64,000 nt of DNA, taken from the NCBI RefSeq assembly GCF_964355755.1, contig NC_092672.1:7316001-7380000 (forward strand), in the 5' to 3' direction. The notes beneath the pieces are model-generated. The model ran no database searches. It saw only the letters and a program-made list of their open reading frames with translations, and was not told the origin of the DNA. This DNA is from Antedon mediterranea (taxonomy: Eukaryota > Animalia > Echinodermata). Each line of letters starts with the position of its first letter. Position 1 is the first letter of the stretch. Shown piece after piece: positions 12,049-26,801 of the stretch. The position numbers and the translations under genes are program-made.

Positions 12049-15000
12049 TCACATATCCTGTAATTAAAATGGATAAGACGATTTTTTGATTTTTTTTTAA
12101 AGTAAAGCTTGGTTCTTATTAGCGACGCAACCTACGCAACGTAAGAACATTCCCTTCCAATAATTGTGTTTGCCCCCGCCTGCGTGAAATCAAACCTGCG
12201 ATGTTTTCAGCACTGTTGCATCGTCGGTTCCCACTTGTGTTACGCAATACAGCACTTTGCGTCGATACGTCGCTGCGTAAGCGTGGTTCCCACTAGCGAC
12301 GCAACGCAAGGACGTAACGCAACGCAAGTGAATTGACCAATCACAAGCTATGGCTTATTCTCTTGTGATTGCTAACTGTCTATAACTTCGCTTGTCATTG
12401 GTTAAAACGCTTTCGTTGCGTTTACGTCCTTGCGTTACGTTCTAGTGGGAACCAAGCTTTACGGTGCGTTGCGTTTTAGTGGGAACCACGCTTTAGTAGA
12501 ATAGAAATAAATCTAAAATATTTAGCAACTTACTTCTCTTATTTCGCCAGTTGGGTCAATTTCTAGAAATATTGTTGCAATTCCAGCAAATATACATACG
12601 AAAAAATACGTCATCATTGACCAAAAAGGCGTCTTCTCAAATAAACCCTGAAAAACATAGTGCATCACATTTACTACATTAAATTTGTATTTTATAAGAT
12701 AATTATCTGTTGAAATTTGGCAAACATGAAATTTGGTAAGTAAAAGCCTAAATACCGAAGACGTGACTGGCTATAACCACCACGCTTTGACTCTGATAAC
12801 AAAGAGTTCTTCCCAATTCTAAAATAAAATGTATTCCTGTAAAATATTCTGTCTGAAGATATAAAGTTTAGTTCCCACCACGTCACACACGCAACGCAAT
12901 GACTATCACAACGCAAGTAAATTAACCATTTGGATGATGCATCGCGTCGTGATTGGTTTGATTATGATTGCGCTGCGCCAAAGTGGGAACCAAACTTAAT
13001 TTGTTTGCTGAAGATCCAATATCAAACTATAATTTTCTATAAAGCTCTGTCTACACTATCACACTAGTTTGACAAAAAAAGTGTGAGGTGCCTAAATATG
13101 GTAGTGATATGTTCAAATATGGTAGTAATATGACATCATCATGTCCACACAGGCACATCACGTTTTTTTCACATAACACAATCTGTAATCTGCAACCAAT
13201 ACCTGGGCGACAAATGGTGTTACAGCCCCGGCAACTTTAGCCCAAAATTGGCAAGTTACAACAGCCTGAGCTCTCAGTGACGTTGGGTATACTTCTACTG
13301 TATACAAGAATAGTGCTCCATAAGTCCCAAGAGAAAATGCACGAGCAGCGAATATAAAGAAAGTTAGATCAATACTAAAAGAAGATGGAAACAATAATAT
13401 TATTAGGCTAACTCAGACAGCGTCGTACGACGAGGCCCGACTAGTCGTCTCGTCGGGAGAAAATCAAACATGTTTAAAGTTCTCTCGACGACCTAAAAAC
13501 TACGCTCGAAGCTAACTGCAAACGACTCGTCTCGTCGGGATTCAACTCCGACTGCACCGACGGGTCTCGAGACTTTTCGCGGACCTTTTCGTACGATGCT
13601 GACTTAGTTGGTCTTTAGTTGATTGACAAAAGGGGAGGAAGAAAGCAACGAAAAGGGCATATCTGACCAGGTCCCCTAAATTACGGAACATACGATACAA
13701 AAGAAGACGAATTAACTCTGCTTTAGAACATGTTTAGGCCATACGGATAGTAGGGCTATATCCTCAAAACACTAATTATTTAATTAATACATTTTCTAAC
13801 TAATGCGCATGCTTAATTTGAGTTTTCATAAACCGTTATATTTATATTATAGCGTGTATTTTCCCAAATAAAATTGTTAATGTATTTGTACTCACTCTTC
13901 CATTAGAAAGGCTATTAAGATTATAGATGATGCAGCACTTATTAATGAAACAGTTAATGTCCTCTTGCGACCAAGTAAAAGCACTAATATTACCATCACA
14001 GGAGCAGCTAAGACAATTAAAATGAATGTTCGTTTTCTATAATTAAATTAAACATTAGGCCTAAACAAAAAATATGCACTTTCATGAATACTCATCTCAT
14101 CGTAAAAAGAGTATCGCATCACATGTTTTTTGACCATTATGGAGAGAAATTGCAGTAACAAAATAACTGTATACGTATGACACAAGAATATTTTTTTTTA
14201 ACATTAAGACTTAGGGTTTTTATACAGGAGCTAGACCACGCATAAGATGGTATTTTAAAGCGTTATTACAAACTACGAGAGCTTAATTTATTACAAATAC
14301 GACAGCTCAATTGTTAGAAACACGTCAGTTCAATGTTACACTACGACAACTCAATAGGCCTACATGACAGAGCTGATTCAAACAGATTGGAACTTAAACA
14401 CGAGCCATATTTCTCCCCAAACCCGCATCTGAGAAGAGTGAGAGCTCCAGAATATTTCGCGTTTCTTCTTGTTTGTTTTTGTTTGTTTTTATTTATCATT
14501 TCCATTATTTATTGATACCTTACCAATAAAATCTCCAAGTGTTGCCACAATAGTTTCTACATATTCATCTCTCGACGGTAGATAATCATTGCAGTCAATA
14601 TCTTCCGCAACTGCATCGCATCGTGGTTCTGGTGGAACCACAAACGTACTTCCGGTGCTGGAACTGGATTGAACGCTATACACTGAAGTGTTTGCTATTG
14701 TAACTACTGACGATGACGCGTTCCCTTCTTGAATATATATGCCTGATAGAAGCGGTGTGGTTGTTAACGCCATACCATAGTAAGCAAAATAACATGCGAA
14801 CCTGGAAAAAGTTAAACATTATGCTTATTATTCTTTTTAAATAATAAAGGACTATAATTATTTCTGGATTAAAAAATAGAAACCGATCAACAAAATTATG
14901 ATTCAGAGGAATGCAGTAAAAAAATAACTGTATTACGTAACACTTTTTAAACGCATCGCAAGCTTATTTAACATTAAAAATCAAGACGCATGAATCATCC

Positions 15001-18000
15001 ACCGAACTGTCGCTTGTGATTGGTCAACGGCATGTTGACATCAAAGTGCGAGGAATTTAAAAAAAAACACCACGTGCACTATACATGAAATAATGAGTGA
15101 AATTATTACACTCTGGTTGTAACTGATAATTGCTTAGTGAAATAAACAGTAAACAATACGCAGATGTCATGTGTCGAAAACACAAAAGTAGCCTACTTAC
15201 CACGCCATGTAAAGAATAGTAGTTTGCCTAAGATAACCATTACGTAGAAGTTGAAAACTTGTTGACTTTTCCGGCTTCAACGGTAAAATTTAAAATATAG
15301 TTAATCATCAATTTTAAATTAACTGAAAACTTTACATGTACGTCAGCAGTCAATTATTAGATCAGATAAAAGTTAGTCAGGCTAGTTACTCATTCTCCCA
15401 CCAAAAAGTACGTCAGTGTCACCTTGGCCATTTAATCAACAAACCCGGTTAAATCAGTCAGTTAATTAGTGAGTGTTTCTTCATTTTGTCAGTCTTGCAT
15501 CATTATTCACACAGATACTGAATCAATTAATTTAATTAATTTATTAAGTTATTTCAATTGTCAGTATATCGTACGAGAGCGATGTGACACTTTTTTGACG
15601 CGTAAATTATTGTTTTTTTTTTATTTATCTTTTTTTGTATATCTCATAGCAAACATAATTTCTATGTATATTTTATATAAACTTGTTGGCTTTTTCGGCT
15701 TTAAAGGGAAAAGTTTAAAATATAGTTAAGTTATTCATCAATTATTAGGGCTAGTCAGACTTAGTTAATCAACCACCCACCAATGTCAGTGTAATCTTGG
15801 CCATGTAATCAACAAACCCGGGTATAACTTATTCAATTAGTTAAGTGAGTTACTACATCATTTTGTCAGTAGTCTCAATATTCAGACAGATGATGCATCA
15901 ATTAGACTGTCAGTCAAGTACTTTATCAGTTAATAATCACGGTAAAATTATTTAGTAAATTTCACGGAAAGAGTACGGTACTCTCTTCGATACCACATCT
16001 AAAAACAGCACAAGACTTACATCAGCTATTTCGTGCGTTTGTAGAAGATCTCCTGGAGGTAGTTCTACCTTATTACTATCCGCTAATTTTGTTAACACCT
16101 CACAAGATGTTTCCATGCGGCCTACAAATGCTAGATATCTAGGTGACTCTGGAAGAAACTGGAAACATAAACATTCAATTATAGATTTTAATTTTCCTAG
16201 TGCAATTTCGTGGACTAGAATGTCTGTTACCGATCCATAATAGGCTCTTTTTGAATAGACTTGCCACAAGTCTGTAGTTATTTCGAGACTTTTCGATGTT
16301 TGTCCGAAGCTGAAGTACTGTATTACAGTATACGTAGGAAACGCCATATGTGCCAACATATTTATCTTTTTAATAATATAAGTCAAAACTCTGTCTGGAT
16401 CCCAGTCTTGGGATATGCATAGATATCATACATACAGTCTTCCGACTGGGAAACCAAAGCACTAACCATTCTTCAGTCAAGCAACTGGCTTATACAAAAG
16501 CACTAACAAAACTGAACAAGTGGCAATATGGGAGGCATAAACATGCGGGAGAAAGGTTGAAGCAACCACGAAACGAGCTAGACATGGTACCGTAAGAGGT
16601 ACGAATGGCATACAGCATTCAGGATTTTTTTGTGTGGAGTAGCAGGACTTAAGACACATGTTGCAGTTAATGCGTTTTCCGCAATGAAAATAAGGGAATG
16701 GAACCGGGTGCACCTTGATTATTCATTCAGGCTTATCACCTGACTTTATTTAATTTAGGCCTCTGGCCCCTAGTAATTAACAAAATAATAATTACAATGA
16801 AAAATAAAGCAATTTATGGTCACAAGATAAATGAATTAATTAATTTCGTTCTCTAAGCAAAACATATATCTTAACTTATAAGCATGATAAATATATTTAG
16901 ATAGATTATCAATAATTATTGGATCCCGTGATGACATTAAACGGTTAAAAGTATAAATTGTTTTCTGATTTCCTTGTAACGAGAGCAAACTGTAACAAAA
17001 TGATATTCATCTTCAACTTCATTTATATTACATAATTTACATAACCTATTGCTGTGTGTATACTTACAAATGTTAGTATAATTGATATGACACCAGGTAA
17101 TGCAGCGTAAAATGATTGATACCGCCATCCCTGTGTTGGAACTGCAAACATGCCAATCGTTGCTACGTATAAACTACCAGTACCGTATGAAAGCTTAAAA
17201 GAGTATTGAAAAAAAAAATATTTTGATATTGTTATCAACTTAAATATTTTTGAGCTGTAATTTTATGATGTACTTTTTTAATCATTGTGTATTTTTATAT
17301 TGTTATTCTACATTTTATACTTTATTTTTATACGATATTTTTATACGATATTTTTATGTGATAAGACGTGAGCAAATGCAATTTCCAGTTTATTTGGACA
17401 ATAAAAGTTATCTGTATCTGTATCTGTATCTGTATCATCTTTTTCATCCTAGCAAGCTTTCGTTAAGACGAGAAGATGAAAGTTGATACCACATACCATA
17501 TGTGACGGTAGGGTATACTGGGGCAATGTACACAGACGATCGGTAACGATAAGCTGTAAGCGGAAAACAAAAATTTGGAATCTAGGTTATTTTTATGCCC
17601 TTTTACACAAAACGCGGAAACCCGCTCGAGATAGATAACATATTCTACGTGGGACAAGTTACGCGGTTTCCGCCTATATAACGTCACCGCCCGTCTGTGT
17701 AAATTGACCTTTATACGTATAAATGGTGGTGGTAGGCCTATAAATTACCGACACCCTCTACTACAGTACCGAAACGTAACTCGCTAATATTAACAATTTT
17801 AAAAACTCCATTTTAAAACTCAAAATAACACTGATTTCCTACAATATTAATAGAAACAACAAGAAACAACCGTTTTATGTAGCTTGTCTTGTAGCTTGTC
17901 TTTACATAATAGTGATATCAATAACCGGCTTAATATCTTATGCTAAGAACAATAACTGTTATAAATCGTTAAATTTTACCGAGGGCTCATAAACAAGCAT

Positions 18001-21000
18001 AGTCATATGACGGCCGTAAAATCTAATGGCTCAAGAAAATAAAATATCGCATGTTGATGGCAAGACTACGTGTTTATCACGATACAAATATTGTTTATCG
18101 GAGTTTTGTATGAGTATCAGTAATGTTTAGTTTAACAAACATAATGTTCGTTCAAATGTTAAATTAAAAAGCGCCAAGGTTCTATAAGCCAAGTTAAGAC
18201 TTCGATTTTCATTTATTCCAGTTTCCATATAGTTTTCAAATATAGTTTTACTAACGTAGAAATTATTATTATTATTATTTTTTTTTGTAGAATATATTCA
18301 CTTCATCATTTAAAAGCTCTGTCTTCACTACTATCAAACTAGTTTGACAAAAAAGCGTAATGTGCCAAAATAATGGTAGTGATAGGGGAAATATAAAATC
18401 CTTTTTTTTTTCAGAAATAACCATTTTAACAGTAATTTTTTTTAATTTTAAGCGTCAAATATTTGTTTGAATATTTTTTCTATGTTTTATTATATGGAAT
18501 TTACTGTAAATGAAAAAAAGAACATTACTATAAACAAAGAATTATGTTTAAACGTAATGAAATATAATGATCAACAGATTCTATAATTACAGGCTCTGCC
18601 ACCAGTCAAATTAAAATCACAATTTGCATACCATTGGGCCTGGTAGACCTAGGTACATGTGCAGACCTAGCTCTTCCCAAACTCCCACCTCACTGATTCT
18701 ATTCGAACAGTGGCTAGCAGATCAATTGCGCGCGAGGTGTTTGCGAGTGACCAGCTCGAATGCCTTCTGAATTGTTTTGGTTAATGAATCATTCATTTTG
18801 AACTGCTGATACTCCATAGTAAAACAAAAGCCCTATTAGGGGACACCTTCGGGTCCCTGGATATGGGTTAGCCATCTTCGTTGTACGGGGAAGTCACATT
18901 AAACAGGGGTGTCTAAAACGAAGGGATCTATTGTGTTTTTATTTATCCATAAACCTATCTAACTAATCCAATGACACAAACACCGTGACACATTACTCAT
19001 AGTTTTAAAAGTAACAAAAGTTTATATGCTTGCTTTTATAGTGGTAATAATCTTTTAATACGAATACAAACATTATCAACAACTTTATGACTTTTAACTT
19101 AATATTCATATTATACACACAATGGTATACTAACACAGTTGTACCAAGATAGAATATTGACTCTCATTTTTGACGGTATTCATATTCTCACATAAGGTGA
19201 TATTCACTATTCAAAGGACCGTAAAGCGTGGTTCCCACTAGAGACGCAACGTATAGTGATTTGACCAATCACAATCGATGCATTGTTCAAACAGTCCTTG
19301 TCATTGGTCAACTTGCTTGCGTTGCTTCTAATTTATCTGTAAAACCCAAGCCCTGATTACCATACTGGGTAAAGGCAACCGATTTTCCACTTATGACATA
19401 TGCCTATCTTGTACCAGGGTCATAGGCAAGTATTGTAATACAGTGTCATTTGTGTATCACATGCGGCGCCTGTGTATGTAAGTTTAGACCTAGCCTATGA
19501 TACAGAATTCATATCTGACAGACCTACCGATTGACAAGTGACGTGAAGGAACAAATAGGCCTACATCTCGTCACGTCGTGAGTATTAATAAAGAAAGACC
19601 AAACAAACGAGAATAAAATACTTACCACTTGAGCGAGAACAAACCACACACGAATATTTGATGGAACCATTTCTCCTAAGTATAAGATATATACACTAAG
19701 CACTCCTATAAGACCAAGTCCAGTTAAAAAACGTATAGCAATTGCCCAGATAAACGTCGGTGTAAAAGAAAATATGATACCATAGTACAATGTCCACGCC
19801 GTGATAAAAACCATACCCTGCAAAAATAGTTTTTTTAAAGTATAAATAATAATCAAACTTTTATATTGTGGCAATTACAAAAAGACATTGAATCCTGAAT
19901 TTATTTAAAAAGAATGTGAAAGTTGGACAAAAAGTGTCGATTGTACTTACAGCTTTTCTTCCATATGTGTCAACAAATTTCCCATTTGGCCAAGTTCCCA
20001 CTAATTCTCCAATAAAAAGGGACTAAAATACAAAACAAAACACCAGAATGTGTAAAAAAACCGAACAAAAATTATTTAACTTACAAAAGACAGACAGAAA
20101 AGAAAACAAAACAATTTGACTATTTTTTATTTTAAATAGTTCCTTTTTGGTAAATTTTTTCTTCGATCAATTTTTTGGTCAATAAAATTGATTATTCAAC
20201 AACTTTTTTTTTTAAAGAGGCGGGGGGGGGGGGGGAGCACAACATTATTATATACAATAATAATGTAATGTAGGCCTACCGTTGTCAAAAGGGCTACTTG
20301 ATCTCCTGATAGCAATAGATCACATTGAAATTGAGTTGATATTGTGGTTGAAAGCAGTGTCTCCGCCGATAAAAATACCCACGAAATAAAAACAGTGATA
20401 AGTATATAGACTTGGGTCCAGCCTACGCCGATGGCATTGATGGCTTCATCAACAGTGTAAGTCGGTGCGTTCATACTAAGGTTACTTCCGTAGCTACTAC
20501 GAGATGCGGATCTGGATCGGTGGTACATCGTAGTGCCATAAAACGGCTCTGGTGACGTCAAGGGCAACGTGAGATCAAGACGACGCCGTCCTAAACGTAA
20601 TGTAATAGATTTAGAATATAGGCCAAATACTGAAATTCTGAAATTCAACAAACATTCATCAAATGCCATGAAATGAGGAACAACCTGATCTCAGTTGGCC
20701 CTTTAAACATGGTTACAAAAAAATAATAGGTATAAGTGAGATACGTATAAAGAGACGTAAGTCGGTCACTCTACACCATCATGTCAAAAATCGCAACCAT
20801 GACATTTCCATCGTGATATATACTATAATCTCTTTTTTAAAACCTCTGTTTTTAGAAGTAAAATCAAAAGTTTGTTCTGAAACATAAAGAAAAAGCTTGA
20901 TTTTGGAACATTAAAAGAACAATATTATCTTAAAAGTTGTTCTTAACATTGTTGTTCAACATTGTATATCAGAGGAAGATATTGGAACTATACATTGGAT

Positions 21001-22166
21001 TGAATGAATAAATAATATAATAATAACTTACGTCTCGAAGGTCTAGAATCACTGTCAGTGATATCTGAAAAATACAAAAATATTATCCTTATGATAAATG
21101 TAAAATTATATTAAAATGAAAACCGTAATCCTCGTAAATATACCGGGATTACATATTTATTTTATTATATATAATATAAATCGAGTGATTTACAGAATTC
21201 ACTATCTATATAATAACAAATTTAAATAATATAGCTGAATCATCATTTTAATTAATACCTTATAAATGGGAACTACCATATGGACAAAATGTATTATTGT
21301 ATTAAAGTGTGAGATAATCGTGTTAAAAAATGTATATTAATTTTATAGATGCCAATTATAATAATATTGGAATTTACATTGATTAGCAAGGATATATTTT
21401 GTGAATATAGAACAATACCGAATAAGTTGACAATGTGTCCATACCCATCATGCGTTTGCAGACATGGGAAGTTTGAGCCTCTCTAGAGCTTGGTTCCCAC
21501 TAGTACGCAACGCCAATGACAAGCCACAGTTCGAATGATCCATCGCGTCTTGATTGGTCAAAACTTGCGTTGCACTTACGTTGCGTCCTAGTGGAAACCT
21601 AGCTTTAGGTAAATACACAACGTTTTGACGAATCATATGCGATGGATCGAACTGCCATTGATCAATATGCTTGCACTGCATCCAAGTGGGAACTACGATT
21701 TAGGACCCAACGCAAGGTAGAGACGCAACGTTTTGACGAATCATATGCGATGGATCGAACTGTCATTGGTCAATGCTTGTACTACGTCATACTGTTTGAA
21801 TTTACTTATAGTTATATTTTGTACACAGCATTTATTATGAGTAGAAGATCACGTGATATTAATTATGCCTATGATGTCGCATACAATGTAAAGCCACATA
21901 CTAATAAATATATTACTTACTTGTTACTTGTTTGCATAGCTATCCCCATATTGGGGACATTTCGCCGTCATTGACATTATGTTGACATAGCACAACAATG
22001 AGAGACATTAATTTTGATGCAGTGATATATAGTGCACTGGTGGCGATGTGGTGGTGTTATACGATTTAATGAACGGCTGTGGCTCTGCAATCATACCAGT
22101 CTATTTTACTTCTACAATTATCGTTTACATTTACTTACCTTTAGAATTAAATCTTATACTTATCAT
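12049..22166 (-). CDS. SVOP/SLC22-like MFS transporter. Exons 22139-22166 (tentative), 21032-21064, 20280-20590, 19951-20022, 19626-19817, 17068-17193, 16021-16158, 15201-15274, 14524-14801, 13896-14007, 13203-13374, 12534-12647, 12049-12057
   Basis: GT-AG junctions are in phase. Motifs: YTVDEAINAIGVGWTQ, DTYGRK, RFLTGLG, EMVPSNIR, GWR, FLPESPRYL, LGRKR, YTVEVYPTSLR, TPFVAQ. The first two short exons are less certain. Confidence 0.88.
12106..12492. mobile_element. Nested Harbinger-like MITEs (AGCTTGGTTCCCACTAG family)
   Basis: Outer TIRs at ~12106 and ~12492; inner copy ~12280-12458 (GCGTGGTTCCCACTAG...CTAGTGGGAACCAAGCT) with TAA/TTA flanks. Relatives at ~19225, 21487-21605 and 60689-60820. 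Confidence 0.65.
16256..16409 (+). mobile_element. Short degenerate member of the family at 46454-50076
   Basis: Shares the left end TAGACTTGCC(A/C)CAAGTCTGTA, the internal GAAACG(C)CATATGTGC and the right end AAAACTC(T/C)GTCTGGA.CCCAG.CT. No TSD is visible. Confidence 0.55.
16745..17055 (-). mobile_element. LINE (CR1/L2-group) 3' fragment in an intron
   Basis: Translates RLCKLCNINEVEDEYHFVTVCSRYKEIRKQFI, a CCHC motif typical of LINE ORF2 ends, followed by an AATAAA-containing tail. Confidence 0.65.
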
Positions 22167-25100
22167 CTCATCTCATACTACAATAGGCGTTTATACTGTA
22201 GGCCTATTAACAGTGTCACAAAAGTGTCCTTACCATTTAGAGGCACGATATCGTCGGAGTCTTGGTTAAACATCGTGTATAGTGTCTATTGAATGAAACC
22301 CAGCATAGGTAGCTGCTTTTAAATGCTCTCTGAAATAACAAAACATAACATCTTGTATTAGACCTGCTACTGATAGGCCTACGTATCTGTCTTGTTTACG
22401 AAGTTCAGCTTAAAGAGAAGCGTAGACAAAGGGTTAAGTTCGGTTCGGAAACAAGTCCCTTATTCTTAAAATTTTTTTCTCTGCTTCGGGTGAAATCTTG
22501 GACAAATTATTTAGTTGTAGAGAAATCAAAAATGTATTTATCTATTCAGGCCTTAACATTTCGTGTGATTTGTCAAACATGACATTTAGTGAGATTGTGG
22601 TATTCTGCCAACGTAGCATTGAATTGGTTAAAACTGGTAAAAACAGCCAGCACCAGTTAACTTATTTTCACTGTCGTTTTTTCATCCGCTTAGCAAGAAA
22701 CAAGCTTCAAGTAGCATTGGCTTCTGAAGTCACTTACCTGCAAGATATAGCCTACTTATTTATATCTCATATATTCCCGTTGATTGACTCGACCAGATAT
22801 ATCACGTTAATACGTTTCATTGACCACTTGCACTGTAAATACAACAGAGAGCATGAAGTGACTATTATAGTATTATATCCTCAGAATATTGTAATGCCCT
22901 GCTTTTGTATACGCTAGTTGGTGATGAACAAAAAACCGGGTTGACCCTGAGATTATTCTATTTGACAATGTGACGATTTTCTAATATTGTGCATTCTCTA
23001 TTCACAGACATATATTTGTGAGCGGGTCAGTTTATTCCTAATAAAGTCATTACGAATAATATGATTATAACACTGAAGGGCGGCTAATGACTGAGCCAGG
23101 TACCAACCCTCTGCATTGTAATTTTGAATGGGTTAGAATTCCTATACCGTATTATTTCACTATGGTATATACTCCGTTATTGGCAACGAGTAACATTGCC
23201 AACGCAGTGAGTAGGCCTATAAATTACATTATTACACATTTTGAATAACACATGTAGAATAACCATATCCAGAATTTTATCTTTTTATTGCTATACTTTG
23301 TAAAAGACAAATTTACCTGTATACATACCGCTTAGTAAATAAATTAAAAATAAATACAATATTTGATGGTATGCCTATACTGTCACCGTAGACCCTACGT
23401 TTCCAAATGCTGTGTCAATCAACAGAAACACTTGTAATAAAACAATTAAGGTTTCATGACGAGTTTTAATAACGAGATTAAAATAAAACTTACCGTTTTT
23501 GTGTTTGTTTTTAATAAACTTGGTTACCACCGAAAACTCTTTTTAGAATCACGTCGGTGATGCTCATTTAACAAATTACCTCATATTATTCCGATAATCC
23601 AACTACTCGTCGCTCTCCTTCTTCCTAAATGATGCCTAACTTAACGTTATCACATGATTGTTAAAACGAATAATAATATACACGTACACTGGTGTCCGAC
23701 TACCAGCAGTATAATTCAATGTAAAAATATAGATCAACGCTGAATTTTCAGTCGTGAAATATCAACCCTCTTATTTACAATCTACCATGCAGAAACCTAG
23801 GCCTATGGCTATTATTATTATTATTAGTATTATAAGCAGGTCCAAAGAAAGGTCGTTCGACCGGACAAGCTCCTTCCATTAATTCAGAAATTGGGTTAAT
23901 TTCAGCCCTTCATTATTATTTTGTTGGGGCTTCTTATTTAAAAAATCCTAGATCTGTAACAACTGCACTGAGCTGAAAATCTCTTTGTCTTTTAAAGATA
24001 CCGATAGTGTATCCTTGAAAAAATGATGTTTAACAGCCTCATTTCTTTCAATTAGTTGAATATGCCATTTTAATGTAACATATTTTTTTTTTTTTTTGTG
24101 ACGCCACCATTTTGGAAATAGATGTTGATTTTGATTGATTGGTTGAAAACTGTAATTTAAAGAAACAAATAAGAAAATTGTCTGTCAGACAATAGGTTTT
24201 GTTTATTGAGCAGCTTGTTATACTGCATAAAGCTGTTTGTATTTTTGGATAAATATATATATAGCTTACTAATTTAAATGAAACCAAATCGTAATCACGG
24301 CATTATTTAAATACAGGCTTACTTGTGCTGGTTGGCAATACGAGTTTGTTTTACGTAGGCCCATGATGAGTAGGCCTATATCAAGTTTTCTGGATTGTAT
24401 TAGGCCTACCGACTGTTGAGGTAGATAAGAGAATATTGTCATTCTTGACTAGATGGATATGAATTTAGATCTTTTTCAATCTTCTGGAGCAATGGGCTTA
24501 GCTATAGGAGAAGACGCATGTTTTCACTCGTCAGTTCCAGATATCTGAACGGAAAGGGCTGTGTCTTGAGATATTCCCATGAAGTGGTGTACACTTTCTT
24601 TGGTCTATGGCTAGTGGCTAAATATCTCAAATTTACAAAAAAAATTATTTTTTTTAAAATAAAAACTAATCATCTTTTTCTATGTTTTCCCCTGAAGTTT
24701 AGTGATATCCAAAGAAAGCCTTTGTCTCTCTGCAGAGCTCCCGTTTTGTTGCACTATACATGCTGAGGGTTTAACTAAAATACTCAAAAGTGAACACCAT
24801 TACACTATCAAATTAGTTTGACAAAATATTATGATGTGACCAAATATGTTAGTGATATGACGTCATCAACGTGTCCATATAATTATGGGCACATTAGATT
24901 TTTTTGACACAAAGTTTGATAGTGTGGACAGAGCTTAACGTGTTCAATATCACTATTCACTCATTACTTTATTCACGAGCATAAACATGGTCTCCTTGTA
25001 AGGCTATACGTATAGTATACATGTAAACGAAAATAATACATTATCAGTTACAAAAAAAAGATTTTTATTCTTTGAAAAAATACATTTATGAAAACTATGC

Positions 25101-25190
25101 CTATTGTTGAAATAGCATTCAGGAAAAAAATTGTACAATACGTGTACAAGTTTATAAAAAGGTAGTATTGCACAAAAGTAAAGATCATTG

Positions 25191-25413
25191 GCGTATTTAT
25201 TCGAATAAACGCCCCGCTTTAAATAAACACCCTCCCCCATAGAACGTCATTTGGAATAAACAAATCCCCACCCCCCCCCCCCCCAAACCCCTCCTCCCAT
25301 TCGAATAAACGCCCGGGGCCGTTATTTTTTCCTCAAATAAACGCATCTCCCAAATAAACACCCCTCATGAAAAATTAAAACACCCATAGGAGTTTACTCG
25401 AATAAATACGGTA
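25191..25413. mobile_element. Tc1/mariner-pogo-like MITE
   Basis: TIRs CGTATTTATTCGAATAAAC / GTTTACTCGAATAAATACG, TA at the right end, and internal AATAAAC(G/A)CCCC repeats. Confidence 0.6.
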
Positions 25414-26199
25414 TTTGACTGGTCTTAGCAAATACCGTCACTTGAAAACGTTTTCAAAAGAATTCAACACGGAAGGATTAATCTGTGTCTGTCAGTGGCA
25501 GAGTACATAATTTAAGGATATGTTGAATTTGATGAATACAATAATATGCACACTTATAATTTGAAACAAATAAATACTAATAAAAACAATACAGTTATTG
25601 TTATTCAAAATCCTATAGTTTTTTAAAATGCATTTGTCCATTTTGAAATATACCAGTGAAAATAACAAGTCTAAGTAGCACTGTAGTTAAACTAGTTAAA
25701 TTACATCAAGTTCACACTTGTCTACAGTACTGACACTTAAAATACTACCTCAGTTATCAAGTTTGAAGACGTTGCTTGTATACAGACCTCTATTATGGCG
25801 ACATCTTCGGGACTCAAAGGACTGTCCTTTTAACAAGGGTGTTCCCTGAAGGGTTGGTCGTAGTCTTATAACATTATATCTCGTTTATTTCACAGAAAAG
25901 AGGGTCTACTCTACCATAACGTTTCAATAATAGTTAGAATTAAACCTTTAACTATATTTGGTCTTTTTTTTGTTTTCAATTTTTCTACAGACGTGAATAA
26001 TTTTATTTAAATTTTATTTAAACTACAAAACGGCCTATCAAACGTTATATTTCATGTTTTGGGGACAATACATCTTTAATTAGCTCTTTAGCTTTTCATT
26101 CCCTTATGATTGAACTGTGTGGCACTACTGGTAGAAGATAAATATTGGTACTGTATTGAAGTACTGTATAACAGAAACATAAGGCATCGTTGTATATCA

Positions 26200-26801
26200 T
26201 ATTTTATTTTATATATAACACCTACATAAATTCCAGCCATTGCGAGTTACTCGGCTTTGCCTCGTTGATATAACCTTTCATCATTCACCTCGTGCCATTA
26301 TTTGTACCATTGCACTCATAAACATTCATTATTTGTTTTATATAACATCTAGACGTTTTTTTTTCGTACACAAAAATGTTTCAAAAAGTACTATTTAACG
26401 ATCGTTGAATAGTGCGTACTATTGCACGCCATGTGACCCACATTCGTCCAATCAAATGACAGGAATTTATATAGGTGTTATTTAACGATCGTTAGAGTAG
26501 TACTTTTTAATTGTTTGTGTACGAAAAAAAAATCTTCTCGTGTACGAAAAAAAATCTGCGTGAAATCGAATAGCAGCACCGTCGTTGTTTTGCGAACGGA
26601 AGCAGCGACGTGCATCTTTCCGTCACAACAAATCAGAACAATGGCAACATCAATGACAGGAATTTATTTAGATATTATACAAAACAAATAATGAATGTTT
26701 TTATATTCGTGTGATGGTACAAATAATTTCATCCGGGGAAATATAACATTTTATTTTCATCTCATGAAATTAGTTGTACCATCGCATTCATTATTTGTAT
26801 A
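26200..26801. repeat. Cluster of inverted copies of an interspersed repeat (CATTCATTATTTGT core) directly after the MAPK7 stop
   Basis: 26295-26345 is the inverse of 26675-26730, and 26366-26410 is the inverse of ~26478-26523. A related copy lies at ~62390-62520. Confidence 0.55.

Noticed and set aside
15276-15900. Local duplications (also 27060-27300, 40990-41730, 42410-42705)
   Set aside because: Ordinary degenerate intronic or intergenic duplications with no functional signal.
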